NCBI RefSeq assembly: GCF_009914755.1
Contig: NC_060930.1
Length of the DNA: 64,000 nucleotides
DNA from: the human T2T-CHM13v2.0 reference genome, Homo sapiens
Strand: one strand, 5' to 3'
Shown here: piece after piece, positions 39,601 through 52,460 of the stretch
Layout of the letters: every line of letters begins with the position of its first letter
Position numbering within the stretch: the first letter of the stretch is position 1
The notes under the pieces: generated by a model
What the model was told of the DNA's origin: nothing
Databases searched by the model: none
What the model saw: the letters and a program-made list of their open reading frames with translations, nothing else
Made by a program: the position numbers and the translations under genes

Positions 39601-41570
39601 GTTCCTCAATTATTCCTTCAAATATGTTTTCCAAACTATAACATTTCTCTTCTTCCCCAGGAACACTGATTATTCTTAGGTTTTGTTGTTTAACATAATC
39701 CCAGACTTCTTGGAGGCTTTGTTCATATTTTCTTATGCTGTTTTCTTTGTCTTTGTTGTATTGGGTTAATTCAAAAACCTTGTCTTTGAGCTCTGAGTTT
39801 CTTCCTTCTACTTGTTTTGTTCTATTGCTGAGACTTTCCAGAGCATTTTGCATTTCTATAAGTGTGTCCAAAGTTTCCTGAAGTTTTGACTGTTTTTCTT
39901 TATACTATCTCTTTCCTTGAATATTTCTCCCTTGACTTCTTGTATTATTTTGTGGATTTTGTTGCACTGGGCTTTGCCTTTCTCTGGTGCCTCCCTGATT
40001 AGCTTAATAACTAACCTCCTGAATTATTTTTCAGGTAAATCAGGGATTTCTTCTTGGGTTGGATTCATTGCTGGTGAGCTAGTGTGATTTTTTTGGGGGG
40101 TGTTAAAGAGCCTTGTTTTGTCATATTACCAGAGTTGGTTTTCTGGTTTCTTCTCATTTAGATAGGTTCTGTCAGAGGGAAAGTCTGGGGCTCAAGGCTG
40201 TTGTTAAGATTCTTTTGTCCAGTGGGGTGTTTCCTTGATGTAATACTGTCCCCCTTTTCCTAGCTTCCTGAGAGCCAAGCTGTAGCAATTATCTCTCTTC
40301 TAGGTCTAGCCACCCAGCAAGTCTACCAGGCTCTGGGCTGGTACCTGGGGTTGTTTGCACAAGTCCTGTGATGTGAACCGTCTGTTGGTCTCTCAGCCGT
40401 GGATACCAGCACCTGTTCCATTGGAGGTGGTAGGGGGATGAAATGGACTCTGTGAGGGTTCTTAGCTTTGGTGGTTTAATGCTCTATTTTTGTGCTGGTT
40501 GGCCTCCTGCCAGGAGATGGTGCTTTCCAGAGAGCATTAGCTTTCCAGAGAGCATTAGTACGGAGAGGAACCGGCAGTGGCCAGAGCCCTAGAACTCCCA
40601 AGAGTATATGCCCTTTGTCTTCAGCTACCAGGGTGGGTAGGGAAGGCCCATCAGGTGGGGGCAGGGCTAGGTGTGTCTGAGCCCAGACTCTCCTTGGGTG
40701 AGTCTTGCTGCAGCTGCTGTGAGGGATGGGGATGAGATTCCCAGATCAATGGAGTTGTGTACCTGGGAGGATTATGGCTGCCTTTGCTGAGTCATGCAGG
40801 CTGTCAGGAATGGGGGAAAGCCAGCAGTCACAGGCCTCACCCAGTGCCTATGCAAACCGAAGAGCTGATCTCACTCCCACCATGCCACCCGCCAACAGCC
40901 CGGGTCTGTTTCCAGGCAGTGAGAAAGCAGGGCTGAGAACTTGCCCCAGGTGACCTGCCTCCTAGCTGCAAAAGAAAAGGGCTTCAGTTCTTCCCCTGCC
41001 TGTGGAGTCTGCATGCCAGATTCATGCCCTTCCCCTGAGTTCTCGCAGGAGGCTTCTTGGCCAGTTCAAATTGTTACAAAGTTCAGCTGGAGACTTCCTT
41101 CTCCCTGTGACATTTTCCCTGCACCTCTGGCTGCCCTCCGGAAGGATCCCTGTGGTGCTATGCAGGAATGGCCTACTCAGAGATCCAGGAAACTCCCAGG
41201 GCCTTTCCCGCTGCTTCCTCTACCCCTTTATTTCACTCAGCTCTCTAACTTGACTCAGCATCAGGTAAAGTCGGAATCTTCTCCTGCAAAGTAGACCTTT
41301 GGTTTCCCCAGTTGGGGGTGGGTGTTCTGGGCAGAGGAACTCCCTTTCCCACTTCTGCAGTTTGGGCACTCACAGTATTTAGGGTGTCTTCTGGGTCCTG
41401 CAGGAGCAGTCCGCTTCCTTCAAAGGGTCTGTGGGTCCTCTCTGGATTCCTGATTTATTCCTGCAGTTGTTCTGGAGCTAAAATTCATGATGCAAGCCTC
41501 CGCATGCTGCTCTGTCCATCGGAGTCAGAGCTGCAATCTAGTTCTGCCTCCTGTCTGCCATGATGATCCC
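36648..41570 (-). mobile_element. L1PB (L1PB1-like): 5'UTR intact, 3' end missing, internal ORF1-ORF2 deletion
   Basis: Reverse ORF2 RT/EN and ORF1 remnants (ORF track); 5' terminus GGGATCATCATGGCAGACAGGAGGCAGAACTAGATTGCAGC; no 3'UTR or poly(A). Confidence 0.88.
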
Positions 41571-41619
41571 TTGCAGTTGATTTCTTAACAGTGGTTTAAT
41601 ACCAGGAAAGAGTGCTGCA

Positions 41620-41870
41620 TTCTTCTGTGTAGAGAATTGTACCATTCCCGAATAATGACAGAATTGTTTCTTCCTTTACAATTCTAATATCTCTAGTAAA
41701 TGTTGAATAAAAATGGTGATAGTGGGCATCCTTATCTTGCTCTCAATCATAAAAAGAATGTTTTCAACTTTCTAGGATAAAGCATATTTGCTATTTTTTG
41801 TATATACTCTTAATGGATTAAGGTAGTTCTCTTTCATTCCCAGTTTACCAAGAGAGGTATGTGTTTAATC
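41620..41870 (-). mobile_element. Old L1M ORF2 fragment
   Basis: aatgttgaataaaaatggtgatagtgggcatccttatcttg. Confidence 0.6.
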
Positions 41871-41879
41871 TTCAATTTT

Positions 41880-43600
41880 TATCTTTCTGAGAAATAAATT
41901 ACCACATTTCCACCTTTTCCATTTTCCCTCCTTTGCCCCCATTTCCTTTTTGTTGATGATATGTTTGTGTTTGCCTTTACATATAATACATTTATACCTT
42001 TATTTATTGATTTAATGTCTTTAATTGCTGTTTTAATCCCCAGTTATAAAAGATAAGGAATTCAGTGCACTACATTATCTGTCACCATTAATTTCTTCTT
42101 TCTTCCTAAATTTTATTTGTTATATTATGGCAATTTTGTCTACATTTAGAGCATTTTAACTCTATCCTTTAGCCACAATCCCTACATTTAGTTTTACTCC
42201 TACAGTTAGATTTAGGGCTCACTGCCAGCCTGTCCTTTGTAGTTTTGTCATCATCTTTTGTTTAGCTGAAATGTGTTCTTCCAGTAATTTCTTCAAGAGC
42301 TGCTCATGGCAGCTATATTCCCTGAGGGTTTTTTTTCTGTTTGTACTTGAACAACAATTTGTTGGGTATAAATTCTTAGATCATATGTTCTTTACTAGTA
42401 ACTATTTAGGCTTTTGGAATGTTGTAATATTTTCCAGGGTCTCAGACCAAAATATTTTTTTTTTCATTAATAGATGAATTGACTGTTTGCTTCGAGGTCC
42501 AAGTAATTCTTTCATTATTTTTGAAGTTTAATAACATTAGCACGATGTGCCACAGTGTTGATGCTTTTGTGTCACTTTTTTTTCTTGCAACATGATATGT
42601 ACTTTCAAATGTAGTTTCAAGCAGATCTTTTATTATTGAAAAGTGTTCTTGAATTATATCATTAAATATTTCTCTTATTCTAAAATTTGAGTTTTTAATT
42701 CTTTTGTGGTTGAGACAAAAAAGGACTCTGCTAGATCTTTTAAAAACTTCTATATCTATTATTTTATTGTAATTCTTTTATACTATTTATTTCCATTTCA
42801 TTTGCTTATTTTTCTCAATTCTGTCCTCTATGTACCCCTTAGGTGGTTTCAGCAATGTCTATTATCTTTTGGACTGGTTTTGTTGTGGCCTTCACTTTGG
42901 TAATGATTTTGTTTTTCTCTTGCTTCTTGAACGCTGCTGCTCCCATTGTCTTCCCATGTTTCATCTGAGTTCTTGCATCTCTGCTCTGAGCCCTCATTTT
43001 ATAGTGACAGTTGTTTCTTAATACATTTTTGAATTCATGCCAATATAATTGCTCACAATTTTCATCAGTCTTATGGAATAAAATATAATTCCATAAGAAT
43101 TATAATTAATTCTATAATATAAGGAGAATCATGGTTCTGTGTTTCAGGATTCTCCTCATATTATAGGGTCATAGGTATGTGTGAATTACTTTGGTCTCAA
43201 TTTCTCTCTACTTAGTTGATACTGGCAGCTGCATGGTTTCTGATGTGGTGTGTCTTCTCCATCCTGTCTCCTGACCAATGACTATCTACATTTATAGCTT
43301 ATCCAGTATGATTCTCTATTCATCCCCATCTTCTCTAATTTTCCTTTGTGCTAAGTAGGGTCTAGGTTAGCTCCTACCACTCTCTCATATAAACCCTTCT
43401 GTTATTCCATACAAAGGATTGTTGACTTTGCCCTCAGAGAGTGCCACTTACTTTAGAGAACTGTGCTCCATTCAGTATCTTCTAGCACCCATCTTGAGCT
43501 TTACCACATGTGACTTCTTTTCCTTTAATACTAAAGTTTGGGGTTATATACACCTCTTAGTTTCATTAAAGATAGAGTTTACATTTATGTCTCTCATTCT
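41880..43600 (-). mobile_element. HAL1-like element
   Basis: ttccagtaatttcttcaagagctgctcatggcagctatattccctgag...gggtataaattctt resembles reverse HAL1. Confidence 0.55.
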
Positions 43601-43610
43601 CCTTAATTAC

Positions 43611-43968
<358 letters not shown>

Positions 43969-44744
43969 TAAAAACTTTCCTAGGTGCCTCTTGCTTTGTC
44001 ATTGGGATGGTCTAATCTTGGGCCTATCTCCTACTCCATCCCACCTTCTAGGCTTATCTTCATTGTTCTGGGTCAGGAAATTATATTCCCAGCCTCTTTC
44101 CACCTGGGTCGCTGACACTGACTGCTGGCTGGGGCTATGAAAAATGCCTCTGGGTATTAATCAGTGATGATGGATAAAACCTTGCCCTTTAGAAGAAAAG
44201 AAAATGTGTCAGTACTTTTAGTCATTCTCAAGAAACCTAATTAGATACTGTAATATTCCTAGGAGGTTTGAAACCTCTGTATTTTTATATCTAGCAGTAG
44301 AAGAGCTTGCAGATTTTTCCTGGAGAAATATTCAATCAGTTTTCAACTCCTAGCTCACTTCATCTAGAGACTCACCAGTCCAGTAATTTCCTGCACTCAG
44401 TATCACATCCTAGTTGCAAAACTCATAATGGGCTCTCTAGGCTTTTCTTATGTGAATGCATATCAATGATTTCCTAAACTGGGATGAACACTATCAAGAC
44501 CACATTTATATTTCTTCTGTATGTAGCCACATTCTAACTTTTTTTTTTTTTTTAAACGCAGTGTTGCTCAACTGTAGCTGTCAGCTCAGTGCTATGGGCA
44601 GGACACTGGCCAAGCCGATAAGGCCTGTTTATGTACACATGGACCTCAAAGACTGACCTTTCCTTTCTGTGCATTCGTTGTTTACATGTTTGAGAGGAGA
44701 ATGAGAGGGAAAGGAACACAGGATATGTCTCTCATGCTGATGAG

Positions 44745-45000
44745 TGGTGTAATGTACTGCTGCTGGGCATAGGCTCTGGGTCAGATTGTCTGGATTCAAG
44801 CCCTGACATTGGTACCTACTAAAGGTGTGATTTTGAGCAACTTCTTAATTGCTGCACGCCTTGGTTTCTTTTGAAAAAAGAGGATGAAGATGACAATAAT
44901 AGAACTCATAAGGATTTTTTCAAGGAGTAAAGCAGATAATATATATAAAGTGTCTGGCGAGTAGTAGATACTGTATACATATTGTTAATGTTATGTTGGT
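44745..45000 (+). mobile_element. MIR
   Basis: ggctctgggtcagattgtctggattcaagccctgac...tgtgattttgagcaacttcttaa. Confidence 0.7.
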
Positions 45001-45305
45001 TTGAATCCCATCTTCTTAATGAAATGCTAATGAGGAGAGTCCAGTTTTTAATACAGAGACTCGAGAATGAATGTGTGAGAGAAGTTTGCAGGTGCCGTCA
45101 CGCAGCTCTAAGCTAGGGCATCTCACTCGGCTGGCCCGTTGCACACAGGGGCCGCAGTTAGAGTTCGTCTCTCTCTGCCAGCCTGCCTCTGAAGGCTCAG
45201 GCAGCCACTACATCAATTAAAAATGTGGCTGCTTCTGCAGCTGCTCCTGTGATTGCTATAGCTCTTGCCATTTACAAGGCACTTTCATACATTTTTCTCT
45301 TTGCC

Positions 45306-45753
45306 TTTTTATTTATTTACTTGTTTATTTTTAATTTTTTGGGTACATAGTACATGTATATATTTATGGCATACATGAGATGTTTTGATACAGGCATGCA
45401 ATGTGAAGCAAGCACATAATGGAGAATGGGGTATCCATCTCCTCAAGAATTTATCCTTTGAGTTATAACCCAATTACACTCTTAGTTATTTTAAATGTAT
45501 AATTAAGTTATTATTGACTATAGTCACCCTATTGTGCTATTGAATTGTAGGTCTTATTCATTCTATCTTTTTGTACTCATTAACCCTTCCCACCTCCTCT
45601 CTATCCCGCCACTACCCTTCCCCACCTTTGGCAACCATCCTCCTACTCTCTATGTCCATGAGTTCAATTGTTTTGATTTTTAGATCCCGTAAATAAGTGA
45701 GAACATGTGAAGTTTGTCTTTCTGTGCCTGGCTTATTTCACTTAACATAATGA
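45306..45753 (-). mobile_element. L1MA1/2-like 3'UTR fragment
   Basis: gggtacatag...gttttgatacaggcatgcaatgtga...ggagaatggggtatccatc. Confidence 0.85.
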
Positions 45754-46259
45754 GTGAGTGATTTAGTTGCATTGCATAGAGAGTCAGGTGGTAGCCTAGG
45801 AAACTACACTTGTTAGGGACTAGGGATGAAGAAAAGAGACAATGTCATTGTTCCCATGGAGTTCACAGACTAGTGTGAGAAATGAACAAGTAAATAATTC
45901 AACTCCACGCAATGCAATGAGACTGTTACATTCATCTGGAGAACATGCCTGGTCTCAATCCTGCCTCTTGTATGTTGTTGCTTGTATGTAGTTGGATAAG
46001 AATTCACATATTTGTCTTTCATACAATCTGTAGGAGGTTTGTCTAATTCTGTGCTTATGAAGGTCCTGTATTAGACTAGTGCAGATTTAAATTATATAAA
46101 ATCCCTATACACTTGACACAGGCCTGTATGTGCTACATGTGAAATTTTTCACCTATATATATGTCCTTTCTTTTTCTTTACCTACCATGAACAGTATGAA
46201 GTATTTCCTCACAGTCATCTTATGTGATAAATACATGACCATATGTTTGATCAGTGACT

Positions 46260-46460
46260 TATGACTTATCGAATGCTTTTCTTACTTGTATTACTTGATT
46301 CTCATAATAGTTTGGAGAGGTAGGTAGAAGAATTATTATTCGTTTTACAGAGATGAGGCCAAAGTTTAAGGAAGTTTTGGCTTGAATATTATCACCCACC
46401 TGGTCAGTGGCAGAATGGGAAGCAACCCTCATCCTCTGACTCCCAATCCATGGCATTGCA
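46260..46460 (-). mobile_element. MIR
   Basis: attattattcgttttacagagatgaggcc...cagtggcagaatggga. Confidence 0.65.
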
Positions 46461-47679
46461 CCAACAAATAAATCAGCACACTTAGGGCAATGCTGAAGAG
46501 ACTGGGAAATGCCTAATCTGGACAGAGCTTCTGCAACATAAACAGGGGAATCCAGTCATCTCCTCTTAGCAGTATTGATTAATGACCTGTTCTGCCCAGT
46601 CCTTAAAGCTGTGTTTTGAATATTAATGATGACGAGCAAACAAATTACAGGGCAGAGAGCAGCAAATACACCCGGCCCGTTAGGCATGAGTAAATTGACC
46701 ACTTCTAAAAGCTGTTTATAGGCCTCAGAGGGAAACATACACATGGATAAAAGAAGACCAAAATCAGCAGCTTAAAACCTTAGAAATCCATCAGGAAAAC
46801 TTGCCTCAACAGAGACTATAGCTTCTGTCAGACAGAGATTAAATCTTAGTGTTTGCTTCTATCATTTTCTTAGCAGTTGTGAATTCTCTTTTATAAAATA
46901 ATAATTATTATTTGTGTGTATTTTCCAGAAAGGAAGGAATTCTTTCCTTGCTCCATATGATCATTTTTTATTTGAACATCTTGGACACACACAAAGCACT
47001 AGAGATAGTTAAAGCAAGGTTCAGTGAATCGATTAGCAACACACAGTTCCCTAATGGATAAATTAGTTTGGGTAGTTAAAGATATTGTCCCAGAGTAAAT
47101 GTTGTCCATATAGCGGCAAGAGCCCTATTTGAATATTCACATTACTGGCTGGGCAGCTGGAAATCAAGACTGCATGATTCACTGGCTTTGAAGGTGGCTT
47201 CACAGTGTATAAAGTAGCTTTCTGAAAATCGATAGAGTGACTACAATTACCAAGTGCATTACTTCAAAGATATTAAGAGCCATAAATCAAACATGTCAGC
47301 TGAGGAATGATGATGATGCTATGTACAAACAAGAACCCATGATATCAGCTCAGGAAGTGTCTGGAATCCTATTCTATGGCTCCTGAAGAACTGAAAATAA
47401 GTGGTTGCTCTTTGTTTTTAGAATCATCCTTAAATCAGTTTGTCACAAGTCTTACAAAGCAAAACATACAATTTTGTGATCACTGACAGACAGTTGGAAG
47501 GGAGAAGAAATCCAATCATGCTGAAAGATTTGGCTGGAATTGTCTCCACTCAACTAGCAGAGATTGGCTTGGCCAGGACTGCATTTGTCAATGCTCTGCA
47601 CTCCTGTGCAGCACAATAGAGCTGAGGATGTTCCAGAACTGCTAAGCACCAAAGTGCCCGGCATGCTAATTAATTTGAA

Positions 47680-48135
47680 CCTTAGAACATTAGAGTTGGA
47701 GAGTCTGCAGAAAACATCTCCTGGACTTGCTCACATGATGCTGACAACTCTTTTACAAGCCCAAGTGATTCCCGCATGTTCAGGCACATTAATCTCTCTC
47801 TCCCAAAGTAGCCCATTCCATTCTGAGGCCAGTTTTGACTGGTAGATCATTTCCATTGGAGCCACATGGCATCATCTCAAGGACTGGAAGATTGCCTTCC
47901 TATAGGCAGCACCCAAATCTTCTCCAAGGTAAACATCGTTAGTTTCTCCAGCTGTTCCTCATTCATGGTTTCCAGCCCTTGCTTTTCTGTTTGGGCTTCA
48001 CCAGACATGCTACAGTATCCATTTCCTTCCTGAATGGTGGTGCACACACATGGAACATCATGGCCAGCCTGATCAGTGCAGGGAATGGGGGAACCAACAC
48101 CTTCCTCATTCCTGATATTTTATTTTCTATGAATA
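47680..48135 (-). mobile_element. L3/CR1 fragment
   Basis: tcccaaagtagcccattccattc...taaacatcgttagtttctccagctgttcctcattcatggtttccag. Confidence 0.6.
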
Positions 48136-48730
48136 ATGAACACCTCTAGCTCCTAAACACTACAGATGATTTGTATTGATAAAATACACTAATTTATTCA
48201 TGCATTATTTACTGAGCACTCACTATATGTCAGGTGCTGTGCTAGGTGCTGGGGATATATACATCTGCCTACAGGGATCCTGTGGTGTCACAGGAAAGAG
48301 TACTATAAATATGATGAAACAGAAAATAGCATGAAGAAAGCTATGGCAGAGAAACTTGTAAGGTGCTGTAGTCAGAAAAGGGGACCTAAAGCAGCCAGGA
48401 GTTGTGGTGGTGCTGGTGGGACTGGAGGAAGACTTGGAGGCTGGGTGGAGGCCTCTGGGAAGATGTGGAGCTGGGCCTGGTTCCTGATAGGTGGTGGCAG
48501 TAAGCCAGGGGAGGTTGGGGAGAAGAACATTCCAGGCAGGGAGATTAGTAAGTGCCAAGATTCAGGGGAAAGAGAGAAAAATGAATACTTGTGGGGACCT
48601 CAAGCATTTTAGTGTTACTGGTGGGGAGTGCTAAGAGATGAAAGAAGTGACTTAAGAGGAATATAATGGAGTCATGCAAGGGGTTTGGATTTTATTCTTA
48701 GCACAATGGGAAATCACTAGAGACTCTTTC

Positions 48731-49159
48731 TATTCTAAGCAGGCATGAAAAGCCTCTAGAGAGGCCAAAATGGAAAGCTCCCAGACCCCTGTGCTGGCAC
48801 AGCAGGGAACACAAATCCCAGAACCTGCACATTGGGCTTGGTGACATGGCTTCCTGAGGAGCTTCCTCCCTCAACTTTAAGCGTGTGAGCTTATTGGACA
48901 CAGGAAAGGCAACCAGCCCATGGTTCTTTGGTCCTCTGGCTCTCTTCACTCCACACGAGTGGCTGACACCACAAAACTTCTGGTATACCTCCATGAGTGA
49001 AAAGGAAGGACGTAGGAATGTGCCCACGACATCCAATTGGCATTGTATGTATCTCTTGCACTTCTTGTTTGGATGCATCAAAGTAAAAACAACTTCAAAC
49101 TGAATCTAAGTCCTCATTCATGCCCATCTGTGACCCTGGACTTGACTCAATAGTGTGGC
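48731..49159 (+). mobile_element. ~430-bp insertion in L2, probably an old ERVL-class solo LTR (possibly MER70-like)
   Basis: L2 homology stops and resumes around it; LTR-like size; AAGTAAA near the 3' end; possible TSD ctttc/ctatc. Confidence 0.35.
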
Positions 49160-49617
49160 CTATCCAGAAGAGAAGTGACAGATCTGATTTTCTGGATTAG
49201 AGATTGAATTTATAGTGGTGTCTATCTATGAGAGTGTGTGATATGATTCAGCAGCAATCGGCGGCCCAGGAGTGGAAGGGAAGAAAGTCAACACTTTTCT
49301 GGTCAGGGAGCAGAGGAACACCAGGGAGGGTAGGAGGCTGAGACTACCTTCATGGTGACTGTGCTTGGTATAAAAAATGGCTCCCTAAAAATATGTTCAC
49401 TTCCTAATCCCTGAAACTTGTGACTATTACTTATATAGCAAAGGAATAAATGTTACTTTGTTTGGCAAAAGGTATGATTAAGTTAAGGAACTTAAAAGGA
49501 GATGCTTATGCTGGATTATCCAGGTGGGCTGTAAGGTTCATCACATGTATCCTTATAAGAGGGAGGCAGAGGGAGGTTTAATACCCACGGGCAGAAGAGA
49601 AGGTGACGTGATGATGG

Positions 49618-50360
49618 TGTATTAGTCTGTTCTTGCACTGCTATAAAGAAATGCCTGAAGGGCTGGGTGTGGCGGCTCATGCCTGTAATCCCAGCACTTT
49701 GAGAGACTGAAGTGGGGAGATCGCTTGAGCCCAGTAGTTCAAGACCAGCCTGGACAACAAGGTGAGACCCTGTTTCTGCAAAAAAAAAAAAAAAAAAAAA
49801 ATTAGCTGGGCATGGTGGTGCGTGCCTGTGGTCTCAGCCACTATGGGGGCTGAAGTGACAGGATCATGTGAGCCTGGGAGGCAGAGGTTGTAGTGAGTCA
49901 AGATTGAACCACTGTACTCCAGCTTGGGTGACAAAGTGAGACCTTGTCTCAAAAAAAATAAAAAAGGAAGAAATACTGGAGACTGGGCAATTTATAAAGA
50001 AAAGAGGTTTAATTGGCTTATGGTTCCACAGGCTGTATAAGAAGCATGATGCTGGTATCTGCCTGGCTTCTGGGGAGGCCACAGGAAACTTACAATTGTG
50101 CAGGAAGGTGATGGGGAAGCAACACATTACATGGCTGGAGTAGCAGCAAGAGATAGTAGGTGAGGGGTGCCACAGACTTTTAAACAATCAGATTTCACGA
50201 GAACTCACTCTCATGAGAACAGCACCAAGGGGATGGTGCTAGACCATTCGTGAGGAACCATTTCTATGATCCAATCACCTACCACCAGGCCCCACCTCCA
50301 GCATTAGGGATTACAATTCAACATGAGATTTGGGCAGGGACACGGATCCAAACCATATCA
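49618..50360 (-). mobile_element. MSTA-like solo LTR, split by an Alu
   Basis: tgtattagtctgttcttgc...gatccaaaccatatca; perfect TSD GATGG. Confidence 0.88.
49661..49967 (+). mobile_element. AluJ
   Basis: Full dimer with expanded A linker; degenerate TSD aagaaat...ga. Confidence 0.92.
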
Positions 50361-50545
50361 GATGGAGATCAGAGTGATATGGCTACAAGTCAAGGAAGTC
50401 TTGGAACCTATCTGTTCCATGCCTTTCTCCTCTGGAAACTATTTAGGAGAGAGCCATGGAAGAGATTCTCTCCCACAGCCTCTGGAGAGAGTGTGGCCCT
50501 GCTGTCATCTTGATATCTGACTTCTGCCTACAGAATTATGAGAGA

Positions 50546-50833
50546 AGCAGTGTGCAGTGGTTCATGCTTGTAATCCCAGCACTTTGGGAGGCCGAAGCTG
50601 GAGGATCACTTGAGTCCAGGAGTTTGAGACCAGCCTGGGCAACATAGAGAGACCCCATCTTTACTACAAATAAGAAAAATTAGCTGAGTGTGGTGGCATG
50701 CACCTGTATTCTCAGCTACTTGGGAGGCTGAGGTAGGAGGATCGCTTGAGCTCAGGAGGTTGAGGCTACAGTGAGCCATGATCATGCCACTGCAACAGAG
50801 CAAGACCCTGTCCCCCCCCCCAAAAAAAAAAAA
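50546..50833 (+). mobile_element. AluJ with small 3' deletion
   Basis: Dimer; TSD agaattatgaga/agaactgtgaga. Confidence 0.9.
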
Positions 50834-52269
50834 GAACTGTGAGATCATCAATTTCAGTTAAGTTACCAGGTTTGCAGTAATTTGTTGCAGCAGCCACAGG
50901 AAACTGATACAGTGAGAGAGTTGGTAAAGGGTGGGCCATAGGACCAGGGTTAGATATGGAAAAGCATGGATAAGGAAGCATTGTTGTAGTAGAGGAATTG
51001 GAGGTATTTATGTGGTCCTGGGAATAAGAGGGAAGAGAATGAGAAATTCTCTTGAAAATTCTATGGATAGAGAGATGATTGTAGTTAGAAAGGGTTTGAA
51101 ATTCAGAGTGGAGCCATACTGTACAATGGTGATACCCCATGTGGCTCTCTTAGCTAAGCATGCTCTGAAGTGGAACTGAGGAGAGGGAGGAACTGAGAGA
51201 CCAGGATCTGGGTGGGTCATCCACACGAACATTGCAACCACCCAGGATAATGGCAGCACTTGTGGCAAGGGGGAAGATTGTGAATCAGCTGCCAAAGTCC
51301 TCAAGGAATCAGGAGGAAGTGAAGGAAGATAAAGCAGCGGGTGTGGGGCGGGGGCGTAGTCTTAGAGGGAGGATGGAGAGGGTTCAGGATGGTAGAGCCA
51401 GAAGGCAGGAGCCTCAAAGGAACCTGCATAAAATTTTATTCAATACGGATGAATCATGGTCTGGGAGAGACACTGGAGCAAAAACAAAATCCCCACCCTA
51501 TCTTCTGAACCCAAGGCACATGCGATGTTGGAAAGTGAGCAGCTTGTACTCAAGGAATCTCCCAGGGCAGGGTGATTACTTCCTTGGGAAAAATCCAGGC
51601 ACTTCTGAGTGCCAGGAAATAAAGAGCATATTCATTAAGTGATTGAGGATGGAGGAGTATTGGTTAACATGTAATGTGATATACAAGTTAATGTAACGCA
51701 CAGCAGCACTTAAAAACTCTGACCAGCTCATGTTAAGCTTGATGATGTAATGATAACAATGCAGTTTCTGGATGTCGCATGTGTGCCCAGGTGGTAGGAG
51801 TGCTGCAGTATAGCTCAGTAGTATCTAGCTCCTGGGCTTCCTGGAGAAAGTTGAGCTGTATAGCTCCCTCGGTAATTTTAGTAATGGGCTAATTTTAGTT
51901 AGATTGTAAATATTAAATTTTAGGAACCTTCAATAACTGATTTAGCAAGTTACTGTTAAGTAATTTTAGGAGTATATAAAAATGAAGGTCTGTGGAATTG
52001 CTTGTCAGTTTTTTGTCTTAGAATTAAAGCAAGGACCTGCAGTAGGGAAACGATTTGAAGACTCTCAGGAGGTCTTTTGTAATTCACAGGAATTCTCCAG
52101 ACTGATATTCTCTCATTAATTTTCATTCTGTTGCTTTGGTACTTAACCAGTTACAAGTCACAAAATTGTGTTTATGCCTATTCCTCATTTCTCCATCTTG
52201 TCCACAAATATGTCATGAGAGACTTGGTTAAGGTTTCCCTAGGCACCACTGGCTTAAGCCAATGTATTA

Positions 52270-52460
52270 ATAACAACTAATATTTATTAATCACTTTACA
52301 TGGATAATTCTCAATTAATCTTCTGAACACCCCTATTAGGAAGGCAGTTTGACTATCTCCATCTTATGGATGAATAAAACTTGTGCACATCAGAACTAAT
52401 AAGCAGAGGAGCAGGGATTCAGTCCCAGTCAGAAGGACTCCAGAAACCTGTAGCCCACGC
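52270..52460 (-). mobile_element. MIR
   Basis: caactaatatttattaatcactttac...tatctccatcttatggatga...cagggattcagtcccagtc. Confidence 0.6.

Larger units (their letters stand above)
49360..50911 (+). mobile_element. MLT1C-like solo LTR, split by MSTA and Alu insertions
   Basis: tgtg...aatggctccctaaaa...ctggattatccaggtggg...gcagccacaggaaactgataca; TSD GTGAC/GTGAG. Confidence 0.82.
48190..51420 (-). mobile_element. L2, fragmented by nested insertions
   Basis: tttactgagcactcactatatgtcaggtgctgtgctaggtgctgggg (reverse 3' end); resumes at ~49170 and after 50912. Confidence 0.7.

Noticed and set aside
40492-41563. ORF cluster in GC-rich DNA
   Set aside because: L1PB 5'UTR
51232-51642. 136-aa ORF with a GGGGCGGGGG GC box
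   Set aside because: TTG start, purine-rich antisense L2 sequence, no recognisable homology or promoter context
51805-51880. tRNA-like A-box TAGCTCAGTAGTA
   Set aside because: No B-box (GTTCRA) or cloverleaf follows
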